Assembly (NCBI GenBank): GCA_021786105.1
Contig: JAJYNW010000005.1
Span: forward strand, 61,070 to 125,069
From: a bacterium
GTDB taxonomy: Bacteria; Patescibacteriota; Microgenomatia; Daviesbacterales; UBA10151
Reading direction: 5' to 3'
DNA: 64,000 nt
The notes beneath the pieces are model-generated. The model did not search any database, was not told the origin of the DNA, and saw only the letters and a program-made list of their open reading frames with translations. A program made the translations under genes and the position numbers. Shown here piece after piece: positions 9,405 through 18,521 of the stretch (position 1 is its first letter; each line of letters begins with the position of its first letter).

Positions 9405-10029
9405 ATTATTTTGGATCTTGTTAATTTTGGTTATTTCAGCCCCGGCCATTTTAAGTTTGGGTATCAGATTGGTTCCGAATAGTTTCCAGCCTTCTTTGGA
9501 CGGTACCCAAAAAGTTTATGGAGAAGTAAAAGTTTCTTCCGATATCTCAAGTAGCTCTAATAATTTATCCGGAATTGGTCTAAGCATTAAAAATCCAAAC
9601 TTGATTAATAAAAAAGACATTAATCTTTCGGTATTTTCCAACGGAAATCTTTTGAGAAGCGTGACTTTAAACGGCAGGTCTATTGGTGACGGAAATTTTA
9701 TAAAATTTATTTTTGATCCGATAGACGACTCCAAAGGAAAAGTATATAACATGGTTTTTTCGGCACCGGGAGTTGCTGATGGGGAAGCATTGGAGATTTT
9801 TCTTACCAGTAATCCGGATGGATCAGGGATTAAAGTGGGTAAGGATGTCCATACCGAAGGTTTATCGGACGTGGTTTTCTATCACCCAAGTAACCCCCTC
9901 TCATTAGCTACAATAATATATGAGGAACTGATAGGAAGACTGGCAAAAGATATGATGTTTTTTGCTTTTTATATTATTATCCTTGGAGGATTAGGAGCAT
10001 ACTTATTTACGCTATCCAAAAAATCCTAG
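9397..10029 (+). CDS. Membrane-anchored protein with extracytoplasmic beta-rich domain (N- and C-terminal TM)
   Basis: 210 aa; hydrophobic termini, beta-strand-like core; overlaps upstream GT-C gene by 8 nt. Confidence 0.7.
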   Translation: MNRLFWILLILVISAPAILSLGIRLVPNSFQPSLDGTQKVYGEVKVSSDISSSSNNLSGIGLSIKNPNLINKKDINLSVFSNGNLLRSVTLNGRSIGDGNFIKFIFDPIDDSKGKVYNMVFSAPGVADGEALEIFLTSNPDGSGIKVGKDVHTEGLSDVVFYHPSNPLSLATIIYEELIGRLAKDMMFFAFYIIILGGLGAYLFTLSKKS

Positions 10030-10036
10030 AGCTTTG

Positions 10037-12010
10037 TTAGTTGGTTTTCCAAATTTGGATTGATGGATTCGAATAAACTTCTTGCAAATCGGTTTTTGTA
10101 AGATCAATAGCTGGTTGTAACTGAATTGGAAAATAAAGATAGCTAATTTTATTATCTCTCAATATTTTGTCAAAATTTATAGGGTCAGTTTCCTCAAACA
10201 GTTGCTTCTCAATATCTAAGCGATCATTAAACTTATATCCCATGATATCAACTTGTTCTGTGTCGGAAAGGAAGGTTCTGCGGGAAGAGAGCGCAGAAAC
10301 ATAGGCAGTATCAAACCAGGCCCAGATGGGAGGAGTAGAGGTATGAAGATCAAGGTATTTGTTATAAGGAGGAGTGACAACCACACTGTTTTCGGAGGTA
10401 TTCTTTCGTAAAAATGTTAAAGCTGATTGTTCAGGAGAATCAATTTTTGCATAAGGTGGACGTGAGTAAAATCCATAAATTAATCCTACTTGGGTGGGAA
10501 CTGCCAAAAGTATGATTAAAAATCCCAATGCGATTTGAATAGAGGACTTGAATTTAAGGGTAAATTTTCCCCAAGCAATTCCGGCGATGATTCCCATTAA
10601 AAGCAAGAAGTATTGCATGAATTGGATGGAGTTACTGGCTACGCCTTTTTGTAGAAAAAGCATCGGTAAAATAAATGATGAAAGCAAGATAAGAATCAAA
10701 AGTAAATGCAGATAATTTTTAAATATGGAGGTAACATATTTGGCAACATCAACAAGCCCGATAAACCTGAGCCCTAAATTCCCAAACAAAAAGATAAAAA
10801 AAGAAGTTCCTTCGAGTTGGGCAACTCTCTTTAGGTTGTGTTCTGCAAGATAGGTTTGCCTTCTCAATTCCCAATCCAATAAGTTAAGCCTTCCGGGTAT
10901 TACAACCATGGTTCGAATATACCACCATGGTTCCCAGATCAAAAACCCGACAGATCCTGTAGAGTTGGGTAGATATAAAATTGCCGAGAGTAAGCCACTT
11001 AAGGTGGTGAGTATTAAAATATGAACCCTTCTTTCTTTTAGGAGCTGCCACCCCCCCACAATACCAAGGCTTCCTAACAAGACTATTCCTCCATAGACTT
11101 TGAAGACGATGAGTGATCCGGCGATCATTGCTAATACTAAAAGTTTTAGCGTGCCTTTTTGATTTTCCAAAAAATGAATAAAGAAAAAGAGGAAAGTTAA
11201 AACTATAATAAAGGCAGCGATTTGAGGGGGATTCCCAATTGAGCTTTGAATTTGGGTGGCCCAGAAGATGGACTCGCCTCCGATGGTCCTGCTTTGGATC
11301 CAGGTAACTATAAATCCAAAACTGCCGGCAAAATATGTAAAAATTGTTGCCCAAACCCCGGTCGAAAAACTTCCCCCGATCTTTTTCCCTAAAAAGTAAG
11401 CCAGGGATCCAAGGAGCAAAGAATAAATAAAAGGAAAGAAACGGAAGTAGAGGTCTAAATTAGAAAAACGGAAATATTGGCTAAAGATTGTAGGGGCAAT
11501 ATCAGAAAAGAAATGGTAGTTAACTAACCTTTCTCCGGCAAATACTGGATTTTGTAAAGGAAATCCTTTTTTCATTTCTTCCATTAAACTGATATGCCAC
11601 ATTCCGTCATGGCCGTGCGCACTCCAAAAAACTAGATCTCCATTTACAAATCTACCACTCGGAGCAATGACTAATAATTGTCCAATAATACCCAAAGCAA
11701 ATAATAATGAAAGTAAAAGTTTTCGATTAGTTGAGGGTAGTGTCAAATGAGAAAATATATCTCGAAGCTCTTTTAGCCCGAGAATATCCAATAGTATTGC
11801 AAACGGAACAGCCAAAAAATTTAACTTTAGCACTATTCCTAAATAGGAAAGAAGTGTGAAGAATATCAACCCGGCAACCGTTCCAAAGAATAAGCTTTCC
11901 CAAGGGCTAATTTTGAAACTTGCCTTTTTAAGTAGAAATACCCCCGGAAGCGTAAAACAAAAAAAAGACACTAAAACAAAGAGAGGAAATACAAAAAGCA
12001 TATTACCCAT
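10037..12010 (-). CDS. GT-C membrane glycosyltransferase, paralog of the C-terminal part of 3166-6630
   Basis: GHDGMWH, QNPVFAG, NYHFFSD, YFAGSFG, FKVYGG, GNLGLRF, QKG...NSIQF are shared with 3166-6630. Confidence 0.78.
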   Translation of the reverse strand: MGNMLFVFPLFVLVSFFCFTLPGVFLLKKASFKISPWESLFFGTVAGLIFFTLLSYLGIVLKLNFLAVPFAILLDILGLKELRDIFSHLTLPSTNRKLLLSLLFALGIIGQLLVIAPSGRFVNGDLVFWSAHGHDGMWHISLMEEMKKGFPLQNPVFAGERLVNYHFFSDIAPTIFSQYFRFSNLDLYFRFFPFIYSLLLGSLAYFLGKKIGGSFSTGVWATIFTYFAGSFGFIVTWIQSRTIGGESIFWATQIQSSIGNPPQIAAFIIVLTFLFFFIHFLENQKGTLKLLVLAMIAGSLIVFKVYGGIVLLGSLGIVGGWQLLKERRVHILILTTLSGLLSAILYLPNSTGSVGFLIWEPWWYIRTMVVIPGRLNLLDWELRRQTYLAEHNLKRVAQLEGTSFFIFLFGNLGLRFIGLVDVAKYVTSIFKNYLHLLLILILLSSFILPMLFLQKGVASNSIQFMQYFLLLMGIIAGIAWGKFTLKFKSSIQIALGFLIILLAVPTQVGLIYGFYSRPPYAKIDSPEQSALTFLRKNTSENSVVVTPPYNKYLDLHTSTPPIWAWFDTAYVSALSSRRTFLSDTEQVDIMGYKFNDRLDIEKQLFEETDPINFDKILRDNKISYLYFPIQLQPAIDLTKTDLQEVYSNPSIQIWKTN

Positions 12011-12054
12011 ATTCCAATTTTACATCATTGGTACTTTATATATAATGGGAATAT
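12011..12054. promoter_or_regulatory. Divergent -10-like boxes for near-leaderless transcripts
   Basis: TAAAAT on minus strand (12017-12022) 6 nt before ATG 12010; TATAAT 12041-12046, 8 nt before ATG 12055. Confidence 0.55.
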
Positions 12055-13569
12055 ATGAAAAGATGGTGGTTTCCACTGCTGGTATTAATTCTGCTAGTTG
12101 CTGTCCTAAAGTATACCGCAAACCTTCGCGCTCTTGGTTATGATAAAGTTCCCGATACTTACCCTATTTTAGATGAGCGGACAAATGTTTGGCATGGGTT
12201 AAGTTTAAGGCAGAGCGGGATTCCGGCGGCGTGGTCGGGGTTAGGCGCTTATAAGAGGAATAATGCAGGCGGCAAAATAAATGGTTTTAATATTCAGGTG
12301 GATGACTTTACTCCTAATTTAAATAATTTCAGCCAGTTTCCTAAACCGAGCGCCATTTTACATGGAGTAGATTTGGGTTTAGGCCGGGGGATGACGGGTA
12401 TTTTAATGGTCCAGCCTTATTTAGACCATCCTCCGTTAGCGGCGCTTATTTTCAGCTCTTTTGTGCCTAACAGCTTGAGAACTTTCGATGACCTGACTCC
12501 TTTTGACATGCGAAAAGGACCACTGGTATTGGCAGCTATTACAGGGTTTTTAATTTTTCTGCTTGGTTTCCAGCTGTTTAAAAATGTCTGGATTGGGCTT
12601 TTGGCAACAGCTATTTACGGGACCGCACCGACTTTTGTTCTTTTAAGCAGGTACACTCTTTTAGAAAATGCCATGGTGCCCTTGATGCTAATTTCCTTAA
12701 ATTTGCTTCTTTTTTCCCAGCAAGTAAAAAACAGGAAGAAGGTTGCCTTAACTGTTGGGTTAGCGGGAGTTTTTGGTGGGTTAACAGCCCTAACTAAAAT
12801 TACCGGCTGGGCGATTCTGCCTATAGGAGTAATCCTTCTTTGGCAGTGGAAGTACCATCTGCGGGAGATTTTATACTTTGCTTTCCCGGTTATTGTTTTA
12901 GGACTTTCGTATTTTGCCTGGGGGTTTTATTTGGCGCCGAATGTCTTTATAGATATCTTCCGCTATCAGGGAATAGATCGGGGATTTATTGGCTCAATTA
13001 ATTTTTTGGTGACTATGACACGGGTGGGGATTGTTAATTTTCCTGTAGATGGGTGGTGGATTGGAGGGTTTTTAACCATGGGGTTGATTCTTTTAAAAAA
13101 AGAAAGCTTCCCCTATATAGTGAGCGTAGTTACACTATTGTTTACGGCACTGCTTTTAGGAGGAGCAAACTACCCTTGGTATTTTATCCCGCTGGTTCCT
13201 TTTATGTGTCTTGGGATAGCCTATTTAATTTGGCAGATAGTTACTTCGCCATCCCTCTTTAATCTAATGGCTTTTTTCTTGCTGTTTTTTTCCAGTAGTT
13301 TTTATTGGGGATATGGTGTTTACCAAGCGGCATTGTCACCTACCGGTGACCAGCAGCCTTTTACCCTTTACAGGATTTTATTCCTGCTTTTCTTTGGGAT
13401 AGGATTAATGTGGCCCCGTCTTGTAAAGTTAAATAAAGTTGCCAAGGCTTGGCCGGTGGTGGTGTTTTGTTTAATACTGATTACACTTAAATTGAATGAA
13501 AGGTCACTTTATTTTTTAATGTCTAATTGGGGGCATCTCCCGGCAATTTTTACGCCGGGGACATTTTAA
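12055..13569 (+). CDS. GT-C glycosyltransferase, PMT_2/ArnT-like
   Basis: LDERTN after TM1, YLDHPPL, PTFVLLSRYTLLEN, LTKITG, YPWYFIP. Confidence 0.8.
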   Translation: MKRWWFPLLVLILLVAVLKYTANLRALGYDKVPDTYPILDERTNVWHGLSLRQSGIPAAWSGLGAYKRNNAGGKINGFNIQVDDFTPNLNNFSQFPKPSAILHGVDLGLGRGMTGILMVQPYLDHPPLAALIFSSFVPNSLRTFDDLTPFDMRKGPLVLAAITGFLIFLLGFQLFKNVWIGLLATAIYGTAPTFVLLSRYTLLENAMVPLMLISLNLLLFSQQVKNRKKVALTVGLAGVFGGLTALTKITGWAILPIGVILLWQWKYHLREILYFAFPVIVLGLSYFAWGFYLAPNVFIDIFRYQGIDRGFIGSINFLVTMTRVGIVNFPVDGWWIGGFLTMGLILLKKESFPYIVSVVTLLFTALLLGGANYPWYFIPLVPFMCLGIAYLIWQIVTSPSLFNLMAFFLLFFSSSFYWGYGVYQAALSPTGDQQPFTLYRILFLLFFGIGLMWPRLVKLNKVAKAWPVVVFCLILITLKLNERSLYFLMSNWGHLPAIFTPGTF

Positions 13570-14924
13570 TGATGAACAAAATAATTAGATTTTGCCGGAA
13601 TAAAGATGTTTTAATAGTTTTCCTATCTGCCTTAATTCTTCGTTTGGCAATTAGCAGTTTGGGTTTTCATGATGATATTTATAGCAATACGGCCTGGGGG
13701 AAATGGATCTTTCAAAATGGGCCAAGAGGATTTTATGAGGCAAGCGGTTGGATTTACTCTTCGCCCACCCAACCTCCCCTTATAAGCTTGCTCTATGGGT
13801 TTAACCACTTTCTTTATGAAAGGCTAATGTTTTTCTTTTCTACTTTGGGGGTTTGGATAGCGACCTATCATCTGGCCCCCACAAAAATGATGTGGTTTTT
13901 TGATTTTTCTAGGTGGTTTGGTAATGCAATGTATCAAGAAACACCATTTAAGTTTGGGGCATTAATTTCCATGAAAATAGTGGCGATTTTAGCTGATTTG
14001 GCGATTGCCTGGATTATATATTTGCTTGCTAAAAATCATACCTCTAAACCAATTCTTTGGAGCGTTGCTTATCTTTTTTCTCCCTTTAGTTGGTATTTAA
14101 GCGCTTTATGGGGACAGTATGACCAGACAAGTTTCCTCTTTTTGCTTTTGGCGTTTGTTTTGCTTGCCAGAAAGCATCTTTTGTGGACACCGTTGCTTTT
14201 ATTGATAAGTATTGAATTAAAGCCTACAGCACTTATCTTTATTCCTTTATTCGCTTGGTTTTACTTGAAACAAAAACCATCTGTAAAAGATATAGTGGTG
14301 GGATTTTTGTCGGTGGCTGTTGTTTTTGTATACTCAGTTTGGCTATTTGCGGATAGGAATGTCGTTGACTTTACTCAAAATGAGCTGCTTCCAAAAATCT
14401 TTGCTAAATCTGAACCCCGCGTATCAACCAATGCGTTTAATTTTTGGCGGATCTTTATCGGGAATGCTGCCATGAATCAGGATACGGTACTTTTCCTGTT
14501 ACCGACAAAAATTTGGGGATATCTGATATTTTTCTCCGCATATATTTTATCGGTTGTTCATTTTAAAAAAATAACTATTGAAAATATTTTTAAATTGTTT
14601 TTCATCGTTGGAGGAACCGGATTTTTGTTTCTAACCAATATGTTGGATCGGTATTTTTTTGCTGGAGTGGTAGGACTTTTAATTGTTACGATTTTCAACA
14701 AAAGCTTATTTAAATTTTGGCTAATTTTAAGTTTAGTATTTTGGCTGAATCTATTTAATCAATGGTGGTTTCCGGAAAATCTGGGATTTTTACGGGAAGT
14801 ATTAACTTGGCAAAACTTTATAGTAAGCAGGGTGTTGGCGGCAGTTAATGTCTCTATCTTTATTATTGTTTTATTTAAAATCTTCCCTAGCTTAAATTGG
14901 AAAAGCTTCACTTTTAGAAAGTAA
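13569..14924 (+). CDS. GT-C glycosyltransferase, GT87/PIG-M/ALG6-like
   Basis: LILRL...HDDI, GFYE...QPPL, SALWGQYD, LKP, NAFNFW, MLDRY. Start moved to the ATG in the TAATG overlap. Confidence 0.78.
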   Translation: MMNKIIRFCRNKDVLIVFLSALILRLAISSLGFHDDIYSNTAWGKWIFQNGPRGFYEASGWIYSSPTQPPLISLLYGFNHFLYERLMFFFSTLGVWIATYHLAPTKMMWFFDFSRWFGNAMYQETPFKFGALISMKIVAILADLAIAWIIYLLAKNHTSKPILWSVAYLFSPFSWYLSALWGQYDQTSFLFLLLAFVLLARKHLLWTPLLLLISIELKPTALIFIPLFAWFYLKQKPSVKDIVVGFLSVAVVFVYSVWLFADRNVVDFTQNELLPKIFAKSEPRVSTNAFNFWRIFIGNAAMNQDTVLFLLPTKIWGYLIFFSAYILSVVHFKKITIENIFKLFFIVGGTGFLFLTNMLDRYFFAGVVGLLIVTIFNKSLFKFWLILSLVFWLNLFNQWWFPENLGFLREVLTWQNFIVSRVLAAVNVSIFIIVLFKIFPSLNWKSFTFRK

Positions 14925-14941
14925 GTTGGTAATATGGGAAT

Positions 14942-16714
14942 ATGCTTCAGGTTTTAAGATTTGGGAACCTTAAAAGAATTAATTTAAGAAACCCGACTTT
15001 AGGAATCTTTTTCCTCCTTCTTATATTGTTACTAATTGGAGAACTCCACTTTTTTTACCCCGATGAGTTTGACAACATTTTAGGAGGGCATTATATTTTG
15101 CAGGGACGTTTGCCTTATGTGGGATTTTTTTCCCACCATAACCCTTTTGCATATTTCTTCGCGGTACCAATTTCTCTTTTTGCCGGCCAGTCATTTGTAA
15201 AGTTCCGGTTAGGTTTGGGGGTTGTTTATGCTTTACTGATGATTGGATTTTATGTTTGGACTAAAAAGCGTTTCGGGGTTGAGGTTGGGAAAATTATTTT
15301 AGGATGGCTTATCTTTTTGGCAGTTGGCGCAACTTATTGGTGGGGACAGATGCTTTTGGCTGACGTTTTGGGAAGCTATCTTATTTCTGTTCCGGTAATT
15401 CTACTCTTCTGGCTAATTTTTAATAAAGAGAAGATCCGCCAAAACGATTTATTGCTTATTTCTGTTTCCTCTGCCTTAGCTCTACTCACTACTTTTACCC
15501 TTTTATACTTGGTTGCTTTGATTTACTTAGTTACTCTGATATGGAGTTTTAAAAACTCCTCAGAAAAACTTGTATCTTCCAAGAACCTGAAAGTTGTAGG
15601 AACACTAGCAGCTCCTTATTTAGTTTTTGGTTTTTACCTCCTTGTTACGGGAAGTATCCAGGAATATTTTTATCAGTCTGTTGTCTTTAATTCAAAGTAT
15701 TATGCATTTTTACCGGGAGGGGTATCAGTCAGAAATCCCTTAAGGGTAGTAATAGTTCTGTTTTACCAATTTTTCATTAACTTCAAAACAATGCTTGTAA
15801 TGACCAAGGATTTAAACTTTGGTTCGCCCTTTGCACAAACTCTCGTTTTATCCAACGCTATAATGATGGTCTACTCAATTTTACAAAGAAGGTTTTTCTT
15901 AGCGGCATTTATTTGGTTTGCCTTAACTTTTAGTATTGTTCGCAGTAACCCTTATACCACAGTAGAAACTGATTACCAGGGCATGGCTTATCATCTTATC
16001 TCCATTTTTAACGGCTTGACGGTGTTAGTCTTTTTATGGAAATCTTTAAAGGAAAAAGTATTAGATGCCAAAGCTTTAGTATATGCTGTAAGCTTTTTAT
16101 TCCTGGGGGCTTATTTTGTTTTTTTTAGCCTGCATTTATCGGAAAAATATTTAGAAAAGGCTTATCAAAAATATATGGGAGTACAGTCGCTGATTTATGA
16201 TCGTCCTTCAGTGGCTCCGTTGCTCAACAAGCTACTTACAAAAAACGATTACTACTTCCTCGGGCCCTTTGATTATGAAAATCAACTTTATGTCAATGAA
16301 AAACCCGCATCTAAATATATTGATGTAATTCCGGCGATGGATAATTCTTTGAAGATACAGGCGGCACTGCTATCCGATTTGCAAAAAAATAAACCTAAAA
16401 TTATAGTTTTTGACACCGAAATGAGGGTTTTGGGAAATAAACCCGGGGGTTTTCTTAAGCCGTTCTTAGACAAAGATTACTTTAATTTAGAGGAATTGGG
16501 TGCACCTTGTATAGGTGTTAAAGCAACGACTAAATGGTTTGGTACTTATGATTTTGAAAGGCACTTTTTCTTTGAGAAGGAAGATCGGCCCCAGGTTTTA
16601 AAGGAACTAGAGGAACAAAAATTAATAGCGCCGGTAGACCCGAATAACTTGCCTGCTTTTTGTCACGATCGTTACAGAAATTCTGAGTCCTCGGCTTCTG
16701 CAAAGCCTGAATAA
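14942..16714 (+). CDS. GT-C glycosyltransferase (PMT-like)
   Basis: YPDEFDN, GRLPY..FFSHHNP; multi-TM; soluble C-terminal domain with KPKIIV. Confidence 0.75.
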   Translation: MLQVLRFGNLKRINLRNPTLGIFFLLLILLLIGELHFFYPDEFDNILGGHYILQGRLPYVGFFSHHNPFAYFFAVPISLFAGQSFVKFRLGLGVVYALLMIGFYVWTKKRFGVEVGKIILGWLIFLAVGATYWWGQMLLADVLGSYLISVPVILLFWLIFNKEKIRQNDLLLISVSSALALLTTFTLLYLVALIYLVTLIWSFKNSSEKLVSSKNLKVVGTLAAPYLVFGFYLLVTGSIQEYFYQSVVFNSKYYAFLPGGVSVRNPLRVVIVLFYQFFINFKTMLVMTKDLNFGSPFAQTLVLSNAIMMVYSILQRRFFLAAFIWFALTFSIVRSNPYTTVETDYQGMAYHLISIFNGLTVLVFLWKSLKEKVLDAKALVYAVSFLFLGAYFVFFSLHLSEKYLEKAYQKYMGVQSLIYDRPSVAPLLNKLLTKNDYYFLGPFDYENQLYVNEKPASKYIDVIPAMDNSLKIQAALLSDLQKNKPKIIVFDTEMRVLGNKPGGFLKPFLDKDYFNLEELGAPCIGVKATTKWFGTYDFERHFFFEKEDRPQVLKELEEQKLIAPVDPNNLPAFCHDRYRNSESSASAKPE

Positions 16715-16770
16715 CGAGTTTGCATACCATCAAGTTTACTTGTGCCTCTGAAATTGTTAACATTTACTGT

Positions 16771-17673
16771 ATGAATGGCAAGGTCTCGGTGGTGATAAAC
16801 ACGCTCAATGAGGAACAAAATGTTGAGCGGGCGATTAAGTCAGTTAAGTGGGCGGATGAAGTTGTGGTTTGTGACATGCATTCTGAGGACCGGACTGTGG
16901 ACATCGCGAAGAAGTTGGGAGCAAAAGTGGTTTACCATGAAAAAACTAATTATGTTGAACCAGCGAGAAACTTTGCAGTTTCCAAGGCAACAGGAGACTG
17001 GATATTGGTACTGGACGCTGATGAAGAAATTCCATCTACGTTAGCTTCTAAACTGAAGGAGATTACTGAGGATAACAGCGTCGATTTTGTGGAGATTCCC
17101 CGGAAGAATATTATATTCAAAAAACAAGTCAGAGCTTCTTTTTGGTGGCCTGACTATCATCCCCGGTTCTATAAAAAGGGAAGTGTTACCTGGAAAAATG
17201 AGATTCATACTAAACCGGAAACAAAAGGTTCAAAACTAACCCTGTCGGCGGATGAGTCTTTAGCAATCATCCATTACCATTACCAATCAGTTTCCCAATT
17301 TATTGAAAGACTAAACCGCTATACAACAATCCAGGCAAACGAGCTGGTCGAAGCTGGTTACATGTTCCAGTGGTCAGACTTGATAACAAAGCCTTTGAGC
17401 GAGTTTATGGGGAGATTTTTTGCCAACAGAGGCTTTGAGGATGGATTACATGGTTTGGTACTTTCCTTACTCCAAGCTTTTTCTTTTCTAGTGGTATATC
17501 TTAAAGTTTGGGAAGCTGATGGTTTCAAAGAAGAGAAAATCAATCTTTCTCAGCTTAAAGAAGTTAGCAAACAAGGTGGGAAAGAGATTGATTATTGGTT
17601 TAAGTATGTAAATCTTTCAAAAAACCCGGTTAAGAAATTGTTTCAAAAGATTGGCAATAAAGTATCATTATGA
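16771..17673 (+). CDS. GT2 glycosyltransferase, beta-1,4-glucosyltransferase (WaaE/KdtX)-like
   Basis: VSVVINTLNEE, SEDRT, ARN...WILVLDADE, WPD, IH, GFEDGLHG. Start moved to ATG 16771 (TGtTAACAT 7 nt upstream). Confidence 0.88.
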   Translation: MNGKVSVVINTLNEEQNVERAIKSVKWADEVVVCDMHSEDRTVDIAKKLGAKVVYHEKTNYVEPARNFAVSKATGDWILVLDADEEIPSTLASKLKEITEDNSVDFVEIPRKNIIFKKQVRASFWWPDYHPRFYKKGSVTWKNEIHTKPETKGSKLTLSADESLAIIHYHYQSVSQFIERLNRYTTIQANELVEAGYMFQWSDLITKPLSEFMGRFFANRGFEDGLHGLVLSLLQAFSFLVVYLKVWEADGFKEEKINLSQLKEVSKQGGKEIDYWFKYVNLSKNPVKKLFQKIGNKVSL

Positions 17674-18521
17674 GAAAAGTTAGTGTAGTTATCCTCAACT
17701 ACAAAGTTAAAGATCAGGCGGTTAAATGTGTAAAATCTGTCCAAAAATCGACTTACGGCAATGTAGATATTATTGTGGTGGATAACAATTCCGGTGATGG
17801 ATTAGAGAAAGAACTGGAAAAACTTCCCGATATACTTTTTATCCAAAGCGGAAAGAACTTAGGGTATACAGGGGGCAATAATATCGGAATTAAAAAGGCT
17901 TTAGAGAGAGACGCAGATTATGTTTTTATCCTCAACCCCGACACGACAATCGAAGAGGATGCTATAGGGAATTTAGTAGCTACAGCTGAACTGGAAAAAG
18001 CCGGAATTGTCGGTCCTAAGATTTTATTTGCGGATGATAAAAAAGATACTATCTGGTATGCAGGAGGAATTTTAGACTTGGCTAATGTTTTAGGCAAACA
18101 CAGAGGTGTGGACGAGAAGGATAAAAAACAGTACGACACCATAGAAGAAACGGAATTTGTTACTGGCGGTGCAATTTTTGTCCGCCGCGATGTTTTTGAA
18201 AAAATTGGGTTCTTTGACGATAGATACTTCATGTATTTAGAGGATGTTGATTTTTGTTATAGAGCAAAAAAAGCTGGATTTAAGGTTCTTTATGTCCCTA
18301 CGGCGGAAGTTTTCCATAAAAACGCCCAGTCAGCCGGGTTAGGGTCTCCAAGACAGGATTATTATCTAACTAGAAATAGAATGTTATTTGCCTCTAAATT
18401 CTTGTCTTTGAGAACAAGATTTGCCTTATTAAGGGAGGCTATCCGTAACTTAGCAATTCCTGCCCGAAGGCTGGCTCTAGTGGATTTCCTATTAGGTGAT
18501 TTAGGAAAAGGTAATATTTGA
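17670..18521 (+). CDS. GT2 glycosyltransferase, WbbL/rhamnosyltransferase-like
   Basis: VILNY, VVDNNS, NLGYTGGNN, LNPDT, GFFDDRYFMYLEDVD, RNR. Confidence 0.88.
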   Translation: MRKVSVVILNYKVKDQAVKCVKSVQKSTYGNVDIIVVDNNSGDGLEKELEKLPDILFIQSGKNLGYTGGNNIGIKKALERDADYVFILNPDTTIEEDAIGNLVATAELEKAGIVGPKILFADDKKDTIWYAGGILDLANVLGKHRGVDEKDKKQYDTIEETEFVTGGAIFVRRDVFEKIGFFDDRYFMYLEDVDFCYRAKKAGFKVLYVPTAEVFHKNAQSAGLGSPRQDYYLTRNRMLFASKFLSLRTRFALLREAIRNLAIPARRLALVDFLLGDLGKGNI

